From Octopus bimaculoides (lineage: Eukaryota): DNA of 37,952 nucleotides. The notes under the pieces are model-generated. The model saw nothing but the letters and a program-made list of their open reading frames with translations, had not been told where the DNA came from and did no database searches. Position numbers and translations under genes: made by a program. Location: contig NC_068981.1 in assembly GCF_001194135.2 (NCBI RefSeq), positions 191,372,313 through 191,410,264 of the forward strand, written 5' to 3'. Of the stretch, positions 11,011 to 22,972 are shown in pieces. The first letter of the stretch is position 1. The number at the start of each line of letters is the position of its first letter.

Positions 11011-11163
11011 TATACATTATTTAAATTTGATGGGTATTTGTCCTCATCTTGTTTGTTGTTAACACGTTTCAGCTGATATACACCATCAGGTGTCTTGGGA
11101 AAATTTCGAACCTGGGTTCTCATTCCTAAAGTATTTTTCGATGTTATTATTATTAATATTTAG

Positions 11164-11193
<30 letters not shown>

Positions 11194-11195
<2 letters not shown>

Positions 11196-11266
11196 TCACT
11201 GCCTGGAATTGAACTTGGAATCTTGGGGTTAGTAGCCTGCACCCTTAACCACTACACCATATGCCC
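11194..11266 (-). ncRNA. tRNA-like (Pol III A/B-box) unit inside the Penelope 3' region; not a canonical tRNA
   Basis: GGGCATATGGTGTAGTGGTTAAGGGTGCAGGCTACTAACCCCAAGATTCCAAGTTCAATTCCAGGCAGTGACC has an A-box-like TGGTGTAGTGG and a B-box-like AGTTCAATTCC, then (AAT)n. Acceptor and anticodon stems pair poorly. Confidence 0.55.
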
Positions 11267-12147
11267 GTGAGCAATTATGGAGTGAATTTTAGGGCTTATA
11301 AATCTAATATTTTCCTATTCTTCCTTAATACCAGTTCTTATATGCTGCTCATATCTGTACTCGGTCTGCTTTTAGTTTCCGTATTTTCCAGTGGTGTTCT
11401 CTGTCTATTATTTTAACTTCATCTCACAGGGAGAGGTGGTCTCCATTTTTCCATACATGATCAGCTATACCCAATTTATCAATATTTCCTCATGTCACAG
11501 CTTTGCAATGTTCGTCTCTCCTTATTTTGAGGGGGCGGCATGTTTCGCCTTTGCATAACCTACCATAGCTGCATGGGATGGAGTACACACAGTTTTTGGT
11601 CATATTCTCTTCTATTGGTGGTTTTACTCAAAGGAGATATTTGCAAAGTGTTGTATTACTCTTGAATACTGTCCTGATATCATATGGGCCGCATATCTTT
11701 TGTATCTTTTCAGAGAGGCCTTTCACATAGGGTAGACAGACTGTGGACAGTTTATTGGTTTCATCCTCTCTTTTCTTCATAATTGGAGTGGAGAGTATGA
11801 TGTTTTAGACACTGAGCAATCCCTCTCTTTACACTATATGGATGGTGGGGATTGAAGTTAAGGTATCGTCCAGTGGAGGTCGGCTTGCGGTATACAGATG
11901 TCCTGAATCCATACTTGGTGTGTGTTATTAATACGTCCAGGAAAACTAGCTGATTGTCTTTTTCCTTTTCCATTGTGAACTGTATGGATGGTTTTATTGA
12001 GTTCACATGATCTAACGGCACTTGGACATCTTCCTGGTGGGGCCAGAGTATAAAGGTGTCATCGACATATCGTAGCCATAGGGTTAATCCTAAAGCCAAA
12101 TTCTCAAAGTATTCCATGTATATTTATATATTATATATATTTATAGG

Positions 12148-12240
<93 letters not shown>

Positions 12241-12350
12241 TGTAAATCCCAAAAATAACAACAAAACTACATGGATTTACAATTTATTCTTTCACCGCAA
12301 CCACTAGCTGGAATACACAGGTGCTTACAATTGTCAAGTATTACCTCTAA

Positions 12351-12408
<58 letters not shown>

Positions 12409-13289
12409 GTGTGTGTGTGTATATATATATATATGTACACGAAATTTTGAATTTAGTTCATGGACCCCAGTGCTACCTTTGCAGACCATCAGGGGTCCAC
12501 AGACCCCAGGTTGGGAACTATTGATCTAGTACTTTACACCTACCTGAGATCAACCACATTACAGTACTATCACACACACATACATACCTGATGCCAGCCA
12601 TATGGCCGCACGCACATACATGAGACCAAACATCTGCATGCACAAACGTACTTGATACCATTCTCACACACACACACATACACAAATTCTGCATTGCATC
12701 GTGGGAAAAAATAGCAGCCAGGTAATCTACACTTACCAACACCCTGCACCAACTGGTACCCTCTATCTCATTGTTCTCTGTCTCTTTTAATGCTACTAGA
12801 ATGGTTTCAGTTTGCTGTGTTTGCGCAACCTTTCCTAAACTTCTACAGTGCACGTCTATCTCTATCTCCTCTACCTGTCATTGTGTCATCTCCTGCCTGA
12901 CAACCTGTACTTTTCACTTCCTCTCAACTTCAACACTCTAAAAGCCACACCTGTTAAGCTACCTCAATAACTCTTGTTATCCCAACAGTCATGTAACATA
13001 AAGTAGAGGAAAATTCTCAGTATTTATCATGGGCTGAAATTTGGTATCAATTTCTAATTGGAGCAATTTCTTGTTAATTATATATTGGCAAATGTATAAA
13101 TGTCGCACATTCTAATGTTAACAACTGAAATCTCGTTCAGATATTGCTATCTTTCAGTCTAGGGAGGTGTTTGGGGATTTTAAACTCAGTCAGCAGTGAT
13201 TTTACTCCATCTCAGTTTAATAAATTTCTTAAGTCATTATCTAATCCGCATCTGCATCTTGCTGACTGTCTTTCTTGTTTCTTTTGTAG

Positions 13290-13644
13290 CGCTCGCCGCC
13301 CTGATCTTGTCCGTGCAACGCGACATGATGGCCATGAAAGCCAGCAGTTACTTTCACCCAGCATGAGAGCTGGTGCCAAAGACAATGCTTATACTCACCT
13401 CCGCAAATCGACTGGCCCAATGGGTGGAGTCAGTCTGCCTGGACTTGGTCCCGAACGTCACTTCATGGACTCCGCATCACCCTCTTCCAACACTCCGTCA
13501 CGAAACACACTGGAAACTGACTATGCCATTCCTGCTATTCCAGATCCTGATTATGAAGATTTCCCACCACCGCCACCCCACCTTGAAGACCCCTACATGA
13601 TGGTTTCGACTCCAAAATTAGCTTCTTTTAGGTCCAAAGTATGA
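13290..13644 (+). CDS. Terminal coding exon of the unidentified plus-strand gene; receptor/adaptor-like low-complexity tail ending ...KLASFRSKV*
   Basis: Acceptor tttcttgtttcttttgtAG at 13288-13289. Open frame of 117 codons to TGA at 13642-13644 with coding-like, GC-raised composition. Contains NAYTHL, DYAIP, DYEDF, PPPPP, PYMM and C-terminal SKV. The first part of the tracked ORF (13144-13289) is intron. Confidence 0.8.
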
Positions 13645-13993
13645 TAACCTGTACATAGAAGCATCTCGTAAGATATTTCAGCTGGAACACTTTCATATCA
13701 AACAATGTTAAGAAAACCAAAGAGTTCCTCTCCTATAGCTCTACATATGGATAAAAACTATCTGTAACACACACACACACACACACACCCTTGAAAGTGT
13801 TGCATATATATGTCTCTTGGAATGTGTGTCTCTTTCTTCTCAACCCTATCTCTTCTCTATCACATACACACACACACACATACACATGTATATGTGTATG
13901 TGCATACTTTCTCATACATGCTTTCAAGCATCTACATATGTATGCCAACATACACATACATATGTATGCATGTGTGTATTTGCATGTGTGTGC

Positions 13994-14041
<48 letters not shown>

Positions 14042-14865
14042 NNNNNNNNNNNNNNNNNNNNNNNNNNNNNNNNNNNNNNNNNNNNNNNNNNNNNNNNNNN
14101 NNNNNNNNNNNNNNNNNNNNNNNNNNNNNNNNNNNNNNNNNNNNNNNNNNNNNNNNNNNNNNNNNNNNNNNNNNNNNNNNNNNNNNNNNNNNNNNNNNNN
14201 NNNNNNNNNNNNNNNNNNNNNNNNNNNNNNNNNNNNNNNNNNNNNNNNNNNNNNNNNNNNNNNNNNNNNNNNNNNNNNNNNNNNNNNNNNNNNNNNNNNN
14301 NNNNNNNNNNNNNNNNNNNNNNNNNNNNNNNNNNNNNNNNNNNNNNNNNNNNNNNNNNNNNNNNNNNNNNNNNNNNNNNNNNNNNNNNNNNNNNNNNNNN
14401 NNNNNNNNNNNNNNNNNNNNNNNNNNNNNNNNNNNNNNNNNNNNNNNNNNNNNNNNNNNNNNNNNNNNNNNNNNNNNNNNNNNNNNNNNNNNNNNNNNNN
14501 NNNNNNNNNNNNNNNNNNNNNNNNNNNNNNNNNNNNNNNNNNNNNNNNNNNNNNNNNNNNNNNNNNNNNNNNNNNNNNNNNNNNNNNNNNNNNNNNNNNN
14601 NNNNNNNNNNNNNNNNNNNNNNNNNNNNNNNNNNNNNNNNNNNNNNNNNNNNNNNNNNNNNNNNNNNNNNNNNNNNNNNNNNNNNNNNNNNNNNNNNNNN
14701 NNNNNNNNNNNNNNNNNNNNNNNNNNNNNNNNNNNNNNNNNNNNNNNNNNNNNNNNNNNNNNNNNNNNNNNNNNNNNNNNNNNNNNNNNNNNNNNNNNNN
14801 NNNNNNNNNNNNNNNNNNNNNNNNNNNNNNNNNNNNNNNNNNNNNNNNNNNNNNNNNNNNNNNNN
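14042..14865. other. Assembly gap (N run) flanked by (TA)n
   Basis: N bases. Confidence 1.
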
Positions 14866-17171
14866 ATATATATATATATATAGATATGATATATATATAT
14901 AATATATATATAAAATGACTACCTCTATCTCATGTATCTAGGTGTATATAAATAACCAACTTCTTTAAGTTTGCTCTCTGCTTCCAACTCTGACTTTAAT
15001 TATTTCCATTTCCAATGTAAGTGGGTTAAACATTGCCCTAGTCTTCTGATTTTTTTTCAGTTGTCTATCTCCATGAGATGCTATACAAAAAAAAAACAAA
15101 AAAAAATCGAAAAAGCAAAATATCTTGTTTAAAATTTCCTTTTGTCTCTCTCTCTGAACAAGTTGTGCAATAAACAAAATAGAGACAATGTTCCATTTTC
15201 TTTAGAATTGATGTTAGGGTTCTAAAAGTTAAGGTGCTCATTGGTATTTTCTCAATAAAGCCTCAAGTTATAGAGTGTAACAGGGGGCTCATAACGTATA
15301 CCATTACATGCATATAAGATAAATGAAATATTCTCTTGTTGAAATCAGAATGCACTAACTGATGAGTGGGTTAGATAAAGCTCATCCTTTTATCTATGGT
15401 GTATTTCAAAATTTTTTTCTGATAATAAATTAAAAGAATGTGTAAAAGAAAACCAAAGCATGTACACATGAGCAGGTAACACAATCTAGATGAATAAATG
15501 AGCAGAAATAATTTGGTGGATATTCATGCATTAAAAATATTTTATATAACTGTAATATTTTAATGCAAATTCATTTTAATACCACCCTTTACTTTGCGCA
15601 AATTCTCATTAAACAATTCTTAATTGTTATTAGTTGTTAACAACTTGTGCATTTGGTATAAGAATACAATTCAAAAATATCACCTTAGAATGGGAGGCTT
15701 GTTGAAACTTTGTAATTCTTAAAAAAACGTATATGCTGTTCTCTATTCAGACATGATTTTTGTTGATGTTTTTAAATGATAGAATTGAAATACTAAACTG
15801 TATCAGTATTTGGGTGAATATCCACAATCACAAGCTATGGTATTGCCAATATGTTTTGTATTTGATAGAACAGCACTCGACAAAGTTTTAAACTCAAAAA
15901 CAATAATAACCTATAATTTTATAATTAATACCTGCTGATCTCATTTGTTAATGAACTACAATTAATTCTAACCAGAAATTTACCATGAATTATTGTATGT
16001 AATATTAGTTAAGATTATAAATTTTCCAAAAACTAATAATCACATCTTTAGAGTGTATATTTAGAATATTTATATCTACTCTACATTTAAACCAGTCTAA
16101 TATCCGTATGTCATCAAATATCTTATTCCTGGTCAACATGTATTTGGTTTTTTCACCTTTTCTTCACAACGACACCCAACATTTTTTCATTTTTTTTTTT
16201 TTTTCTCTCTCTCTGTGTTAGTTATTTCAAAGGACCTGGTGTTGTATAAATCAGCCATGTAGAAAATTCATGGGGACTGAATTATCTGTCGATTTTATTA
16301 TGATAAACATTGTTAGAACTCAAACTCTCAGAAATAGAGTTGACCCCCCCCTCTCCCACCACCACTACCACCTTGAAAAGGAAGATTCCATCACATGGAA
16401 TCTCCTGGCCCCTATATTTAACAGATGGCTTCTAATTCTTGAGCTTCCTAAAACATTCCCTTCCACCACTCAATTATTTTATGCCATTCTTCTTATTATT
16501 ATTCCTCTGTATTCTACAACAACATACACACTGAAGCTCACAAGGAAGCCTCTACATGATTGCTCAAACTGCTAGATATAGCAAACCTCCCTCAAATCAC
16601 ACCCTTTCATTTCAAAAATTAAAGAAGAAAAAGAAAACAGAAGGATACGTTAGATAATGTAGTCCTATGTACACCTAAATATGACGGGATGGTCATGGCT
16701 ATAATACTTTTGATTGTAGGTCTGCCCTATCAGGATTGACCTAGGGTTAAACATCAACAAACATATGCTTAACAAAATATCAGAAATTAAATTTTATTTT
16801 TCAAAAAATACCTTTCCCTATATTAATTTTTTCTATTATTTCATATAGATAATATAAGAGACCAAGTTAATAATCATTATTATCATTATATTACTAATAG
16901 TTAAATAAAAATTTACTTTTATGCAGGAAAAGCTTTATCTTTTGTTTTAGCAGTGTATAACTACAGAGTCAGCTATATGATAAATTATTCACAATTATAA
17001 GATTATTAATTAACAACGCAAAAATAAAAATAATATTCAGTGCAACTTTATAAACATTTAAATTTTGTTTTGTTTGTTTTTAAAACTTTGGCAAAGAACT
17101 GGATATTTTAGCAAAACTTGTAGTTGGTTGATAGGTAAGTAGGTGTGTGCGTATGTATATATATATTCATA

Positions 17172-17206
<35 letters not shown>

Positions 17207-19329
17207 TATACATACACACATATACATGTACACATATATACACATACACACACACACAAAGTACACAGATGTTAAATACTTGACAGAAATAGGTAATCCT
17301 TTAATCTATTTCTAAATAATTAAGTTTGTTAACGTTTTGTTGGTACAAAAACTTTTGGAGCATTTTACAGAAAGCAAAACATATTCTAAAGCAAATTATG
17401 AAGAATTTGAATGGAATGTTCCAGAAATCATCTTTTGGTAATCTTAGATTATGGAATGAACTTATATATGTAGAAACACATAAACACAAGTTGATAAAAC
17501 AATAATAGTTGTATAATAAATACACACACCTCTGACACAAGTTCATGCAGAAACACAGGACCTATAAAAGGGGAAAGGTTCAACTGATAAGTCTGTTTTA
17601 GGGCCCAAACGGCCAAGGAGGAGCCTGGAACTATATGCTAGGCTTCACATTAAAATAGAAAAAACTAACAGTTTCCTTGGATTTCAGAGAACTCTTGGAG
17701 GTCCCTGCACACACACACAGAATTTTTTTTTTTTTAATGCTTTTTAAAGAGACTAACAGCTTCCTTGAGTTTTGAAAGGGTCACAGTCTTGATCCACCTT
17801 GCCAAGTTTCTCTTGTAGGTCCTGCACATACACACACACACACACACACAAACACACACAGATATCTAAATTTCTCTGAATATATCTGAAAATTCAATCC
17901 AATGAATTTTTTTTTAAATCTATAGATAATCAAAGTAAAACAAAAAAATATACATGAAAAAAATATTTAAAACATCAATGGTTTGAGTTGTACCTAAAGA
18001 TTTTGAAATATGAAATTACTAAGTTCAACTTTGAAGTTATTCCATTAAAAAAATAATAGTTGATATAATTAATCTTACTGGTCTGTTGAAGTTCTGTCAA
18101 GTCATTTATTGAATGCACAACAACCAGTTCTTTGAATAGTCAAATATATCATCTAGCATAAAAGCATAAATTTCACATCAGAACACATATTTTATGCTCA
18201 ACAGCTGTTTCATTAAGATAACACCACTAGATGTATAATTACATAATTATGAAACATATGTTTTAGTTAAAACAGACATACACCAAAGAAAAGGCACATT
18301 TTGATAGCAGCCGACAACATAGAGAGAAAACTGTCATAAAAGCATTTTTTTCTTAATTATTAATTGCACTGATTGTCATGTAACATTTAATCAAAATTTA
18401 ACTAATTAAGTTTATCAATAAACTGCTGAAAAGAAAGAAAAAGATTTTATCTTGAGTTTTTTTTTTTAATATATAAGTTATTGTTATAACAATACAAACT
18501 TGGTATGATAATAATTTGAGAAGACTATGAAAATGAATATCAGCTTGTTGTATAAAGAGCAAGCTTGAGGCTGCCCAGTTGTAACACCACACCTGGCTCA
18601 TGGGTGACTTTAGCGGTGGAGTTCACTCTGTTGCAAGCATTCTGGTCAGGTTTTCGGGTTTGATGATAACTTCCTTCGCCTCCTCCTGTCCCTCCTACCA
18701 ATCTCAGAAGAGGGAAACCCTTAAATAAAAAAGGGTCATAAGCGTCTCCCCCCCCCATTCCTCTTCCTCCTCTGACTGAGTCATTAAAAAAGAAAAACGA
18801 GAATCAAGTTTTCAGTTGATTACAAACATATTTTTTATGACTTCTAATAATGATGATGATAATAATAATGATTATGATGATGATGATGATGAAAGACGAC
18901 ATGTTGTACACAATATTAACAAATATTGTAAAACATACAACTGATTGGAGATTATATAAAACTGAAAACTGGGTGAAAATCACAACAATGAGGACAAATT
19001 AATTCAATTTAAATAAAAACAAAAAATAAATCTGTAAAGCAAAGTCCTGTTTCCTTTGAGGTGTAATTTATAATTCTGTATATTTGCAGCCCATGTAATG
19101 TTTTTTCGTAATTTTTTTTAATGAATGTATTTATGTTTATTATTATTATTATTATCATTATTATTTAACTCCTTCTAATATGAACCTGTCTCTCTATCTC
19201 TATATAAATATATATTCTATCTGTAATGTAAATGTGGTAAGTGTGAATGTACATGCATAAATAAGTGCACACATATTAATGTATCCCTACATATATGTGT
19301 CCAACATGAAATTGTCTGAACATGTAAGC

Positions 19330-19775
19330 ATGTACATATATGTATATATACATACATGTGTGTATATATATACATATATACACACACACACATATATACG
19401 CACAAACATGTATACATATATGTGTATATACACATGGTTATATATATAATATATATATATATATATACATACATGTGTGTGTATATATATATATATATAC
19501 ATGTGTGTGTATGTATCTGTATATATATGTATATAATGAATATATATATGTATATATTATATATGTATATATATATATATGTGTGTGTGTGTGTGAATGT
19601 ATGTATATATTATATATGTATATATATATGTATTTATATACATACATAAATATATATATATACATGTGTATATATACATATGTATTTATATAAATATGTG
19701 TATATAAGTATTTATATATATATATATATATTTATGTATGTATGTATAAACACACATATACACACACACATGTAT
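19330..19775. repeat. Large compound TA/TG/CA microsatellite
   Basis: Read directly; it is the source of the YIYI/HTHT-type ORFs. Confidence 0.95.
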
Positions 19776-20052
19776 ATAAGCTTTCCTGTTGCACCGAATT
19801 ATTTCAACACGTACTTTCAATATCACCGTTTGTAATTTAAAAAGAAAATTCAAGAAAATAAAATAAACACTGCTACAAATTGAACTCCCTGTATCTTAAT
19901 GAATGTGATTCCACAATTTTGTTCACCTATTCCTGCCGTCTACATTGACAAGATGTTCAATATCAAATACCTTTTTAATACATTATCCATCACAACTCTT
20001 TTGTCAACTAATATATTTTGATTTTCTGCAATGAGACCAAACTCTGTGTATG

Positions 20053-20086
<34 letters not shown>

Positions 20087-20516
20087 TGAACATGTATGAA
20101 TGAGTAAGCTTGTGCATGAATGTGTGTATCTGTGAATCTGATACATTTATTAGCTGTCTCTTCATAACACATAACTAAAAGAATGGAGATAAATTAGCAA
20201 AGGAAATGTATTATTTATTCCTTTTTGGAATCAATCAAATCTTGTGTGTATGTATGCACTCTAAACCAACACTATTACATTAAAAACAAAAACAAAAAAA
20301 AAACTGAATTCAAAGCAAACATGGATATTATTATTATTATTTGATCTTAAATTGACATTCAATCCCAGTATGTTATCCATTGATTAAACACTTTTAAGCT
20401 TCAATATCAGAACATCTTCTGATGACATTCAATGATAAACTAAAATGTCTTCAACATGTCAAGTTCTTCCCTATGGTTGGCAGGTTATTTTGGCAACTAA
20501 GCATTCATATTTATTG

Positions 20517-20548
<32 letters not shown>

Positions 20549-20550
20549 CT

Positions 20551-20702
20551 GCCTAGGTCAACTTTACCTTTCATCCTTTTGGGGTTAAAAAAATAAAGTA
20601 CCAGTCAAGTACTGGGGTTGATGTCTTCAACTAATACCCACACCCCTAAAATTGCAGGCCTTGTGCCAAAATTCGAAACCATTATTATTATTATTATTAT
20701 TA
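20551..20702 (+). mobile_element. 5'-truncated family C SINE with (ATT)n tail
   Basis: GGTCAACTTTACCTTTCATCCTTTTGGGG...AAGTACCAG...CAGGCCTTGTGCCAAAATTCGAAACC(ATT)n; also preceded by (TTA)n. Confidence 0.7.
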
Positions 20703-21779
20703 TGGAATGAAAGAGACAGAAAAAAAAATTTAATGATTTCCTCTACAACACAGTAATTAAATAACAAAGCATTTTTTACTGGCAAATGACACTTATGGAA
20801 TGGAGTGTTTACTTCTAAAATGATACAGGACTTCCATTGCATCCAAAACAAAACCAAAAAAAAAAATAAAATAACCTGAAATCAAATCAGGTTTGTCTTT
20901 GTATACACAAAAATAGTTATAAAATCCAGTTGGAAAATTTTCTCCATCTTCCCTTTACAAATTGACTTATAATTTACTAGACTAATTTGTATGCCTGGTT
21001 AATGATTTCTTGTAATTAATTCATGTATTAGAAAAATAAAGAAAAGAAAAAGAAAAAGATTATTACAGCATATCATCAAACAGACAAATTTATTGTTTTA
21101 ACAATACAATAAATACGAATTAATTGAACTGTAGTTCAATAATCAAATGAATGAATTTACAAATAAATATTGATACACAAAAAAAAAGTTTAAAAAATGA
21201 AAAAGAAACAACATACAAAATGAATACAAATCTTGCATTGATTTTTTTTGTGGGGGGAGGTATGTATGTAAAAACTTTGTGTTTGGTTTTATCAATTTTT
21301 TTTAATTGTTGTTGAAAATTTGACATTTTGTTGTTGTGTTGTTATTTTTCTCTCATTTTCTCTGGAATTTTTATTTTCATCTTGTTTGAAATATCATTAT
21401 TGAAAAGAATAAAGTTTGGGAAAAAAAAAAAAGATAAAGATTTTCTAACATCTGTAAATTGAAAAAAGAATATTTGTTAACCATTTTCGGTGATCCTGAA
21501 AACATCCCCTTCAGTTATTTTACACTGAATATCCTGTGGCTAAAGGTTGGTTTCAACAACTATTTCATAACTACTTTATAGACAACTGTTTTATTGCTTT
21601 CAAATTCTATTCTTCCATCATTGTTTTATTGTTTCTTTCTTTGGTTGATTGGCTTATAGATTCCTTTTTTAAAATTACAGTAAAGAATCTTGATACCAAA
21701 ATAGTCCTTGTATATATTCACACACATAACATATATACATGCAAAAATATAGACACACATCGTAGGGGCTGTATTAGTG

Positions 21780-21869
21780 CAAGCCTGGTACAGCCTTCTG
21801 GCTTGCAAGTCTTCAGTCAAACTGTCCAACCCATGCCAGCATGGAAAGCAGACGTTAAACGATGATGAC
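21780..21869 (+). mobile_element. RTE-tail family 3' fragment
   Basis: GTCAAACTGTCCAACCCATGCCAGCATGGAAAGCAGACGTTAAACGATGATGAC. Confidence 0.65.
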
Positions 21870-22941
21870 ACATACACACACATATATATATATATATAGG
21901 TATTTCTTGTGTGTACAGTTAGACACTTCCATTTATGATATATAGTGTAAATGGTATGATTAACACAAGATGCAGTTTACATAGGATGCAAATATGTAAG
22001 CAACAAATGATATCAACTGCGTCTTGTGTTAATCATACACACACACACACATATTTCAGTACATGACAATAAAAAATAGCATCCAACTATTTGATACCTT
22101 CCTATTAGAAATACAATCAAGTCATGTTTGAAAATAGATTGGACCACATAACGACTTTATCCCCCACCTTTCCTGCATGGTGACAACACCTGCAATACAC
22201 AGTAACTGTAACCCCCTATACTTACTAGATACGATTCCCTTCACTATGTGACATTAAACTTTTTACTACATTAAGACATTTTTTTTTTACATTGACTTTA
22301 GCCTTACATAAGGACATTAACCCCTTTACTACTACAATAATGAATCTTTCAATTATTTCCCAACCAAAGGGCACGTAATGCCTAACAGCTTGTTGGATGA
22401 TCATGGTTGGAATTAATCAGCTCAATCAAGGTTGCACAACTATTACTAAAAAAAAAACCAAAAACCAATTCATCTTTTACTTACCTACATGTATGCTTTT
22501 AACTATTAATTGCTTCCGTTTCTCTCTCTCCATAATTTCATTTCAAACCATAACATTTACAAAGAATAATTGTATTCCCTCCCTTTTCCCTTTGGCTCTT
22601 CTTCGTGTTTTTGTTTTTTTTTTCTCCTTTAAATGATTTTCCAGTCCTCAATCTTTTTATCACAACTTAGTGACAGTAATATCAAAAGACCACTGTGGGT
22701 TCCAACTTCAGCATAGACAAACATCTTGTTTATATACATGTTTTTGAAAGATTTGTATAATTTTAATTCAAATTGTTTTCTTCTTCTTTCATTTTATTTT
22801 GAATTAAAACAAAAAAAATACAAAAATAAAACCTTGAATGACGGTGGTGATCCAAACTATCTTGTCGTACGCATAACACAAGGACTGAGAAACAATAATC
22901 GTAACGTTTGTCTTCTTCAGAACATCTCAACTGTAAAACAA

Positions 22942-22972
<31 letters not shown>

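Larger units (their letters stand above)
10576..12117 (-). mobile_element. Decayed, 5'-truncated Penelope-like element (RT, GIY-YIG endonuclease and partial tandem terminal repeats)
   Basis: ORF 11761-12117 has WLRYVDDTF...FTMEKEKDNQLVFLDVLI...TSVYRKPTSTGRYLNF..HHP..VKRG, typical of PLE RT. Downstream I read LPYVKGLSEKI...KNCVYSIPCSYGRLCKGETCRPLKIR...WKIRKLK (degenerate GIY-YIG) with in-frame stops. A 3' repeat block occurs twice (about 11070-11160 and 10578-10670). Confidence 0.88.

Noticed and set aside
11194-11266. Functional tRNA gene
   Set aside because: A and B boxes are present but the acceptor and anticodon stems pair poorly, and it is embedded in a retroelement.
12440-12970. hAT-MITE-like end (GGGGTCCACAGACCCCAGGTTGGGAAC) and ORF 12518-12853
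   Set aside because: I found no partner terminus or TSD, and the ORF has no recognisable domain and includes CA-repeat translation.
13144-13289. N-terminal part of the 166-aa tracked ORF
   Set aside because: It starts at TTG and ends in a polypyrimidine tract and AG, so it is intron sequence that happens to be open.
13791-14918. Long ORFs of 357-375 aa, and similar ORFs at 2324-2778 and 34245-34742
   Set aside because: They are open only because they cross N gaps and microsatellites.
19217-19693. YIYI/HTHT/CVCV-rich ORFs (also at 51-344, 567-800, 8991-9191 and 10603-11062)
   Set aside because: They are translations of dinucleotide microsatellites.
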